From IMG/VR virus record IMGVR_UViG_2690316115_000017: DNA of 5,166 bases, one strand, 5' to 3'. The notes under the pieces are model-generated. The model had not been told where the DNA came from. It saw only the letters and a program-made list of their open reading frames with translations, and did not search any database. Source of the DNA: a virus. Lineage: Duplodnaviria; Heunggongvirae; Uroviricota; Caudoviricetes. Position 1 is the stretch's first letter; the number at the start of each line of letters is the position of its first letter. The translations under genes and the position numbers were made by a program. This document shows, one piece after another, positions 1 to 5,166 of this stretch.

Positions 1-519
1 GGCAGGCACCGTCACCGCCTCCGTGATCCCGCAGTTCCGGTCCGGCGTGATGCGGTAGAACACCTCGCCGTCATCCGCCACCAGAGGTTCAACCCGGCTC
101 CAGTCCAGAATACGCAGTTCTTTGATCTGCCCCCGGGAGTTACGGATTTTCAGCACCACCGTATTGCCGTGACGCAGTTTGGCGTTCAGCCACAGTTCAA
201 AAAACTGGATACGATTCTGCTGTGCATTGGGACGACGACAGAGACGGGCAATATCCCCCTGCCGTTTTTCACGGCGGATCCCCTGTGTATCGGTCTGCAT
301 CAGGCGCAGTCGCATTTTGGCGATATCCTGGGATATCAGCGAAATGCAAGAAAACACCGCATGAAAGGAGAGGACACTTTCCGGATCGGCTTTCACGCCC
401 TGCTGCCAGGCACCGGCAAAAGGCTCAGCCACCGCCTGAAACAGGCTGGTCCAGCCCACCTCTTTTACATCACGTCCTGATTTCTGGTTTTTTCGGGTTC
501 GCCGCAAAAGGTTCCACAT
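1..519 (-). CDS. Phage portal protein (HK97-family-like), partial: N-terminal ~173 codons only, gene continues past the left edge of the window
   Basis: Not in the supplied ORF track because it has no stop in the window. My manual minus-strand translation in the frame of plus codons 1-3, 4-6, ... is open from the ATG at 517-519 to position 1, with an in-frame stop just upstream at 535-537. It gives MWNLLRRTRKNQKSGRDVKEVGWTSLFQAVAEPFAGAWQQGVKADPESVLSFHAVFSCISLISQDIAKMRLRLMQTDTQGIRREKRQGDIARLCRRPNAQQNRIQFFELWLNAKLRHGNTVVLKIRNSRGQIKELRILDWSRVEPLVADDGEVFYRITPDRNCGITEAVTVPA. This matches my memory of the conserved N-terminal region of HK97-type portals (pattern PE.AL..SAV.AC...I....A.LPL.LY.R, then GN.Y..I.R...G.I.EL..L.P..V....DG.V.Y). 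A GGAG lies 8 nt upstream of the ATG. The start is uncertain: an in-frame GTG at 457-459 is an alternative. Confidence 0.75.
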   Translation of the reverse strand, partial: MWNLLRRTRKNQKSGRDVKEVGWTSLFQAVAEPFAGAWQQGVKADPESVLSFHAVFSCISLISQDIAKMRLRLMQTDTQGIRREKRQGDIARLCRRPNAQQNRIQFFELWLNAKLRHGNTVVLKIRNSRGQIKELRILDWSRVEPLVADDGEVFYRITPDRNCGITEAVTVPA

Positions 520-686
520 TCGCCATGCTCCGCATCACGTTTCTTTTTCTGACCTGCCGGACGTCGCACTGTGATGTACTCCGCCTTCCCCAGGCGAACC
601 AGCACCTCCGCACACGGCTGTGCCACATCACGGATATCCCCGGCCCGGGCATCATGCGTGCCCTGCAGATATCGGATCTTTGCCAT
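465..686 (-). CDS. Hypothetical 73-aa protein between the capsid and portal genes; function unknown, may be spurious
   Basis: ORF-track entry with an ATG at 684-686, located 44 nt downstream of the capsid stop. It has only a weak SD (AGG about 2 nt before the ATG) and overlaps the putative portal start by about 55 nt in another frame. I recognise no family motif. The position, a small ORF just before portal, is where lambda-like phages encode gpW-type head-completion proteins, but I see no sequence similarity. Confidence 0.3.
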   Translation of the reverse strand: MAKIRYLQGTHDARAGDIRDVAQPCAEVLVRLGKAEYITVRRPAGQKKKRDAEHGECGTFCGEPEKTRNQDVM

Positions 687-694
687 AACCTGTT

Positions 695-716
695 ACGGGA
701 GGCGCACGCCTCCCGT
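695..716. repeat. Perfect GC-rich inverted repeat ACGGGAGGCG-CA-CGCCTCCCGT (about 9-bp stem, 4-nt loop), just downstream of the capsid stop codon
   Basis: Read directly from the sequence at 695-716. On the minus-strand transcript it lies 14 nt after the capsid TGA and 9 nt before the ATG of the 73-aa ORF. There is no U-tract after it, so it is not a canonical intrinsic terminator. Confidence 0.6.
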
Positions 717-730
717 CCTCCTCATCAGAC

Positions 731-2668
731 TCAGCCGCCGGACGCACTGCCGTAGTTCACTCCGGTGATCACCGCCACCGCCGCAGTACGGCGACGACGC
801 CAGTTGATCCAGCGCTCCGCACGGATGGCCACGCTGCCTGTCTGGAACATGGAAACCAGCTCCACCGGGGACGGCGTAGTACTGTCGCCGGTCGGTTCAG
901 ACTGCATCTCCAGTGACGCTTCACGGGACATATCCACCGCCACACCGCCGTCATCAGCCAGATAAATATCCGGCGCATTCACCAGCACCAGCTGGTCACC
1001 CACGTACTGGGAGACAATCACCGGCAGGCCCTGGAAGGTGCCGCCAAGCAGGGTCATGTCCGGGTATTCCTTCTGACCCAGCGCATTTTTACGCATGGAC
1101 AGCGCCAGGGCATTCGTGCTGGACATCAGCCAGACCGCACCGGTGGGCTGCAGGTTTGCTGCCACAAACTGTCCAAACGCAGCCTCTGCATCCGCATCCG
1201 GGTTACCGGTTGATGCCGTGCCCTTCACATCATGGGTGATGGACGCCGGGGAGACATCTGCCACTGCGGCTTTTTTCGGGTCCACAAAGTCTGTATCCAG
1301 ACGCGCCACCACCGCTTCCGCCAGCGCATTACGGACCAGTGCATCAGCAGCCGGACTGGAAAAACGGATCAATTCTTCCGTCAGTACCGCAATGGCCGAC
1401 ACTTTCGCATGACTGAAGGTGATGGATTCAAAATCAAACTTCGTCAGGGGTTTTGCCTTACCCTCACCCACCCAGCCGGCAGCACCGCCGGACACCTGGG
1501 CGTGCACACGGATATTGAACGGCACCTGACGAAGTGCAGGGATCCCGCCCTGACCAAATCGCCCGATAATGGTCTGCGGACGCAGGTAATCAATAAAGTC
1601 CTGTGCGTATTCCTGATATTCAGACAGGCTGCCTGCCCACTGCGGATCCGTGGTGGTCCCCGCGCCCACTGCCGATTTCAGGACATGATGCAGACGGCTG
1701 TCATCCGGATACTGACGACGGGCCACTTCCAGGGCTTCAGATCGGACGCCTTTAGCCGCAGCCAGCGATTTGGCAAAGCGGGCGAAGCCAATCCCCTTAT
1801 CCAGTTTCTGCTCCACACGGATCACCGGCGCAGAAGCCACCGCGGCCACATTCCCGTTACCGGCCTGTTTCACCGGCTGCGCCGTGGCGGCCTTACCGGC
1901 TTCCAGTTCACGCAGGCGCTTCAGGTGCGCATCCACCTGACGGATTTCCGCTGCGGTGTTGTCGTAATGCTCTTCCTCCTCCACATCCAGCGTGCGCCCT
2001 TCCTCTGCGGCTTTGGTCATGACCTCCTCAAGGGAGGCTGCCAGCGCTGCACGCTTGTTTTCAAAACTTTTAATCTGTTCGCCAGTATTCATTATGGTCT
2101 TTTCCTTATGAAAAACGGTTGTTGACTGTGCCGCAGCGCCGGCAGAAGATGCGATTTTCACCACCGGTTTCCGGTTGCCGGACGCGGCAGAAAACGGGCG
2201 GTCGTAAGATTTAATGGTCCGGATGGTGCATTCCGCATTCGCGGGCACGGTGACGGCAGACACCTCCATCAGTTCCCAGCGCAGAAAATGCAGTCCGCCT
2301 CCGTCCAGAAAGGTGTATTCATGGGGACGGAAGCCCACGGACAGCCCCCTGACCAGCCCGGTCTTAATGGCCGCCCAGACCTCATCCAGCCTGGCAGCCA
2401 GTTGCGACGGCATATCCGGTACGGGCTTCACCAGTGTTGCCGTGATTTCCAGCCCTTCCCTGACCCGACGCACCGTACACTGGCCTACAGGGCGGGAATG
2501 GTCATGCTGCCAGAGAAACGGGATCGTACTGCCAAACTCCGCCCCCTCCGGCTCCAGGATGTCACCATCCCGATCCGGAGAAGGCGTTGACGCAATCCCG
2601 GTGATCACCCGTTCATCCTCACTGAAGGATTTCACCGTCAGCAGGGAACAGGCCCGTTTAAGAGTCAC
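731..2668 (-). CDS. Prohead protease - scaffold/delta region - major capsid protein fusion polyprotein (HK97-type head maturation protease plus HK97-fold MCP), 645 aa
   Basis: ORF-track 645-aa ORF. The N-terminal ~160 aa carries HK97 prohead-protease (peptidase S78/U35) hallmarks: ITGIASTPSPDRDGDILEPEGAEF, IPFLWQHDHSRPVG, GLVRGLSVGFRP, LHFLRWELMEVSAVTVPAN. Residues ~195-290 are E/A/K/R-rich and coiled-coil-like (EQIKSFENKRAALAASLEEVMTKAAEEGRTLDVEEEEHYDNTAAEIRQVDAHLKRLRELEAGKA), typical of a scaffold or delta domain. The C-terminal ~350 aa resembles HK97-fold major capsid proteins. Start is GTG at 2666-2668, preceded by a perfect SD AGGAGG (plus 2674-2679) with a 5-nt spacer; no in-frame ATG is available upstream. 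Confidence 0.88.
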   Translation of the reverse strand: MTLKRACSLLTVKSFSEDERVITGIASTPSPDRDGDILEPEGAEFGSTIPFLWQHDHSRPVGQCTVRRVREGLEITATLVKPVPDMPSQLAARLDEVWAAIKTGLVRGLSVGFRPHEYTFLDGGGLHFLRWELMEVSAVTVPANAECTIRTIKSYDRPFSAASGNRKPVVKIASSAGAAAQSTTVFHKEKTIMNTGEQIKSFENKRAALAASLEEVMTKAAEEGRTLDVEEEEHYDNTAAEIRQVDAHLKRLRELEAGKAATAQPVKQAGNGNVAAVASAPVIRVEQKLDKGIGFARFAKSLAAAKGVRSEALEVARRQYPDDSRLHHVLKSAVGAGTTTDPQWAGSLSEYQEYAQDFIDYLRPQTIIGRFGQGGIPALRQVPFNIRVHAQVSGGAAGWVGEGKAKPLTKFDFESITFSHAKVSAIAVLTEELIRFSSPAADALVRNALAEAVVARLDTDFVDPKKAAVADVSPASITHDVKGTASTGNPDADAEAAFGQFVAANLQPTGAVWLMSSTNALALSMRKNALGQKEYPDMTLLGGTFQGLPVIVSQYVGDQLVLVNAPDIYLADDGGVAVDMSREASLEMQSEPTGDSTTPSPVELVSMFQTGSVAIRAERWINWRRRRTAAVAVITGVNYGSASGG

Positions 2669-2680
2669 ATCAGCCTCCTG

Positions 2681-2706
2681 AAAATAAAAAAACCGCCGCA
2701 GCGGTT
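2681..2706 (-). terminator. Intrinsic-terminator-like hairpin on the minus strand between terL and the capsid gene (AACCGC-UGCG-GCGGUU followed by UUUUUUUUAUUUU)
   Basis: Read directly from the sequence: plus-strand aaccgccgcagcggtt at 2691-2706, preceded on the plus strand by the A-run aaaataaaaa at 2681-2690, which is a U-run downstream of the hairpin on the minus transcript. The stem is short (6 bp), so strength is uncertain. It sits 26 nt after the terL stop and ends 1 nt upstream of the capsid-gene SD. Confidence 0.45.
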
Positions 2707-2731
2707 CATGATGGTTACAGGGTGAGCAGGG

Positions 2732-4393
2732 TTATATGAAAAAAACCTCATACGCTTTCTTTTTCGGTTCCGGATTCAGGGACATCAGGGACACCGCATT
2801 GAAGAGCGCCATCAGAGGGTCAATTTTTCCCCGTCCGCTGGCCTGTTTGGTGATAAGAATGGCGTTACCTTTAGGCTCCACCCGGGCATTGCCAACGCAC
2901 CAGGCCATCAGTGGCTGACCACCATGCACCAGCACTCCCTCAGCCAGTTTGCGCTCGGTGGTTTTGATGGCCCCGCCCAGCTTCCAGCCCTGGCTTATCC
3001 CCACCACACTCTCATCGGGGATCCCGGCTTCCGCCAGTGAATCCAGAATCTGCCCCACACCTGACGGGTCAATACCGATATGATCCAGTAACTCAGCCTC
3101 ATGAATACGACGCACATACTCCGCCACTTCCGCCGTGTCATCCCCGACCCGACGGACAATCGTCATGTCTCCACAGGCCACAAAATCCTGAAACCGGGAT
3201 GCCTCACTCTTCCGTCTGACCACCGCGGTTTCATGCACCCAGGCATGGCCCCAGCCCAGCCATTCGCGGGTTTCCCTGTCACGGCCAGTCACGTACATTC
3301 CCAGCAGATCATCCAGGCCCCCGCCGTCAATCCCCACCGTCACCACATCAGCGCGCTGCAGGATATCGTCCAGGCTGACGCGCCTGCCCTGCTGCTCCCA
3401 GAAATCCGCGCCCGCCCAGCGGTCAGAACGCAGGGCAAGACCGATTTCCACATTGGCGTGTTTTGACATGAAACCGCGGAAAGTCTCTTCCCCGGCTTCC
3501 CGGGCTTTACGATACTCCCGGTACAGAAAGGCCTCATCCACCGAATAACCGAGATTCGGGTTAACCATGGCGAGGTTTTCCATCAGCAGGTGAGCCCCGC
3601 TTTCCACCATTTCAGGAGGATGCTCAAATATCACCGGCAGAAAGTGCGGATCATGAATTTTGCCGTCACGGACATCCCGGGCGTACTGCAGTTTCTGCCT
3701 GAACACCCCGGCAGGCGGTTCATTCGACTGGGTGGTTGTGTACACCACAAACCCTTCCGGACGTGAAGCCAGCCCGCCGATGGCTTCACGTAGCATGTCT
3801 TCCGCTTTGTACTGCTTGCCAAACAGCCACAGTTCATCAATCAGTGTCCCCACGGACTTGATACCGGACACCGTATTCGGATCGGCTGCCACCACCTTCA
3901 GGGTGGTGTCCGTCACCCGATGGGTGATGGTCCGGATATGTGTCTGCACCTGACAGAGGTCATCCAGATCATCGTCCCGTCGTACCATATCCCTGGCAGG
4001 GTTGAAGGCGTTAGCCGCCACCTCCACGGTCGGGGCCAGAATGGTGTAGCCCGCCGCCTGCCGCCAGTTCAGTAACAGCGCCGTCATCATGATCCCCGCG
4101 GCCAGCGTGGACTTCGAGTTTTTCTTGGGGATAAGGATAAAAACTTCCTTGATATGGCGTACACCGGTCTGCGCATCATAGGAGCCAAACAGGGCCGCCA
4201 CCAGGTCAAACACCCACGGTGCACAGGACTCCCCGAACGTCGGGCTACCAGGTGCATCCACAATCCGCAGTTGTTTAAAAATCGCCAGGGCATGTGCGGC
4301 CTCGTCCGGATAAATCGGATCCGGAATAATCGACAGCCCCTTTTTCAGGCGCTCTGCCCAGTCCGGACATGCCGTGCTCCATACAGGTATCAT
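2732..4393 (-). CDS. terL: Phage terminase large subunit (Terminase_1-type ATPase/nuclease), 553 aa
   Basis: ORF-track 553-aa ORF. It has an N-terminal P-loop-like motif ILIPKKNSKSTLAAG, as in the Walker A region of terminase large subunits, and its overall length and architecture fit TerL. The ATG at 4391-4393 overlaps the terS stop (ATGA), consistent with translational coupling. SD GAGGA lies at plus 4400-4404 with a 6-nt spacer. Confidence 0.88.
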   Translation of the reverse strand: MIPVWSTACPDWAERLKKGLSIIPDPIYPDEAAHALAIFKQLRIVDAPGSPTFGESCAPWVFDLVAALFGSYDAQTGVRHIKEVFILIPKKNSKSTLAAGIMMTALLLNWRQAAGYTILAPTVEVAANAFNPARDMVRRDDDLDDLCQVQTHIRTITHRVTDTTLKVVAADPNTVSGIKSVGTLIDELWLFGKQYKAEDMLREAIGGLASRPEGFVVYTTTQSNEPPAGVFRQKLQYARDVRDGKIHDPHFLPVIFEHPPEMVESGAHLLMENLAMVNPNLGYSVDEAFLYREYRKAREAGEETFRGFMSKHANVEIGLALRSDRWAGADFWEQQGRRVSLDDILQRADVVTVGIDGGGLDDLLGMYVTGRDRETREWLGWGHAWVHETAVVRRKSEASRFQDFVACGDMTIVRRVGDDTAEVAEYVRRIHEAELLDHIGIDPSGVGQILDSLAEAGIPDESVVGISQGWKLGGAIKTTERKLAEGVLVHGGQPLMAWCVGNARVEPKGNAILITKQASGRGKIDPLMALFNAVSLMSLNPEPKKKAYEVFFI

Positions 4394-4953
4394 CCGCTTT
4401 CCTCATTCTGGTTATTCACCACCAGTCGGGGAGGTGGTGGCACCGCAAAACGGTTAGCCGCTTTTTTCGCGGCATCACCTTTTGCCGATTTTTTACCGGC
4501 ATCGCCTTTTTTATGGTGTGTGAACTGCGCCAGTCGCCAGGCCGCATCCAGTGCCAGTTTCGGGTCAATTATCAGGTTTTCCACCAGGATCTGCCCCATA
4601 GCTTTCACCGGATCGGGAAGACCATCCTCCATATATTCAATACCATGAGATATCACCGCGGGCGGAGGCATCTCCGGATTGTTTTCGTCCGGCTGTGGTA
4701 TTGCAGCCACCTCACGGCGACGGGGTTTATCCTCCTGCTCTGATTTTTTCTGCCGGTAAACAGGAACCTCATCCACCTCCACCGTTTCGCACTGTTTACG
4801 GGCTATAAACGCGAGCACCTCCGGATCTTTTGCCAGCTGCGAGCCTTTAACCCTGGCGGTCTTCGCCGAATAACCAGCGGCAATGGCTGACGCTGTTTTG
4901 TTTTTCCCGGACATGAGCGCCAGCGCAAATTTTCGTTTTTGCGTTGTCAGCAC
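4390..4953 (-). CDS. terS: Phage terminase small subunit (Terminase_2-type N-terminal HTH DNA-binding domain), 187 aa
   Basis: The N-terminus LTTQKRKFALALMSGKNKTASAIAAGYSAKTARVKGSQLAKDPEVLAFIA matches the characteristic Terminase_2 motif (LT.KQ..F...Y...GN.T.AAI.AGYS.KTA...G..L). It lies immediately upstream of terL and overlaps it. Start is GTG at 4951-4953 with SD GGAGG (plus 4959-4963) and a 5-nt spacer; an in-frame stop lies upstream at 5017-5019 with no ATG in between. The C-terminal part is a Lys/Ala/Gly/Pro-rich low-complexity tail. Confidence 0.82.
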   Translation of the reverse strand: MLTTQKRKFALALMSGKNKTASAIAAGYSAKTARVKGSQLAKDPEVLAFIARKQCETVEVDEVPVYRQKKSEQEDKPRRREVAAIPQPDENNPEMPPPAVISHGIEYMEDGLPDPVKAMGQILVENLIIDPKLALDAAWRLAQFTHHKKGDAGKKSAKGDAAKKAANRFAVPPPPRLVVNNQNEESG

Positions 4954-5033
4954 AGCCTCCTCCCGGGTCCAGAACGCACTCAGCCGGGTATGGTTCAGCC
5001 CATTTTTCCCGGCGTCTCATGCCGCAAATGTTA

Positions 5034-5166
5034 TGAGGTAGCCTGAGTTTAACGGACACTCCTTCCTGAAATAGAATGGCATCAGAAGGAGCTAATAATG
5101 AGCAGAAAAACCCAACGTTACTCTAAAGAGTTCAAAGCCGAAGCTGTCAGAACGGTTCTTGAAAAT
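5034..5166 (+). mobile_element. Left end of an IS3-family insertion sequence (IS600-like), partial: terminal inverted repeat beginning TGAGGTAGCC..., continuing past the right edge of the window
   Basis: The element starts with TG, as IS3-family ends do, and is followed by the RBS (AGGAG at about 5085-5089) and start of an OrfA-type transposase whose N-terminus I recall as IS600 OrfA. Composition changes sharply from the GC-rich phage DNA. The boundary is good to a few bp only; the right end and target-site duplication are outside the window. Confidence 0.75.
5098..5166 (+). CDS. IS3-family transposase OrfA (HTH subunit), N-terminal 23 codons only
   Basis: Manual translation from the ATG at 5098 gives MSRKTQRYSKEFKAEAVRTVLEN, which matches the N-terminus of IS600-type OrfA as I remember it. 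An AGGAG SD lies about 8 nt upstream. The ORF runs off the window. Confidence 0.8.
   Translation, partial: MSRKTQRYSKEFKAEAVRTVLEN

Noticed and set aside
470-655. 61-aa minus-strand ORF
   Set aside because: It overlaps both the 73-aa ORF and the portal start in a third frame; it has no motif and is probably spurious.
695-716. GC palindrome considered as a rho-independent terminator
   Set aside because: No U-tract follows the stem on either strand, so a canonical intrinsic terminator is not supported; I kept it only as a structural element of unknown role.
169-768. Plus-strand ORFs 169..480, 179..364, 222..755 and 571..768
   Set aside because: They are antisense to the portal gene and the capsid-portal junction and mutually overlapping, with low-complexity translations.
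1232-2125. 297-aa plus-strand ORF
   Set aside because: It is antisense to the strongly supported capsid polyprotein gene. Its translation is Arg/His/Cys-rich with no recognisable motifs, as expected for a chance ORF in GC-rich DNA, and no RBS is evident.
765-2681. Other plus-strand ORFs inside the capsid gene (765..965, 913..1239, 1095..1412, 2214..2681, 2288..2590) and the minus-strand ORF 769..978
   Set aside because: They are alternative-frame or antisense ORFs within the capsid polyprotein gene, with no family resemblance; a GC-rich artefact.
2736-4743. Plus-strand ORFs (2736..2918, 3037..3219, 3101..3466, 3660..3953, 4154..4648, 4369..4743) and minus-strand ORFs (3340..3537, 3631..3840, 4087..4293) within terL and terS
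   Set aside because: They lie in other frames or antisense to the terminase genes, which carry clear family motifs; none has an independent signature.
4847-5059. 70-aa minus-strand ORF spanning the IS junction
   Set aside because: It starts inside the IS terminal repeat and runs into terS in another frame, so it is a chimeric chance ORF created by the insertion.
1-5166. CRISPR arrays, tRNA or rRNA genes, toxin-antitoxin or defence-system cassettes
   Set aside because: There are no regularly spaced direct repeats and no tRNA-like sequence that I could recognise, and the coding capacity is fully accounted for by the head/packaging genes and the IS end.

Overview
The window is almost entirely a tightly packed, minus-strand DNA-packaging and head-morphogenesis module of a tailed phage or phage satellite. 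In transcription order (right to left) it reads: terS (GTG start) -> terL (ATGA stop/start overlap) -> terminator-like hairpin -> one 645-aa ORF fusing an HK97-type prohead protease, a coiled-coil scaffold/delta segment and an HK97-fold major capsid protein -> a GC palindrome -> a doubtful 73-aa ORF -> a portal gene that runs off the left edge. At the right edge, the left terminus of an IS3-family insertion sequence (IS600-like, with the start of its OrfA transposase) sits 80 bp upstream of terS. I found no tRNA, rRNA or CRISPR array. Hand-sampled GC is about 55-68% in the phage genes. All protein-family calls rest on motif recognition by eye; no searches were run. I do not see a clearly novel system here; the most unusual points are the capsid polyprotein with an AT-rich internal junction, and portal placed downstream of capsid.
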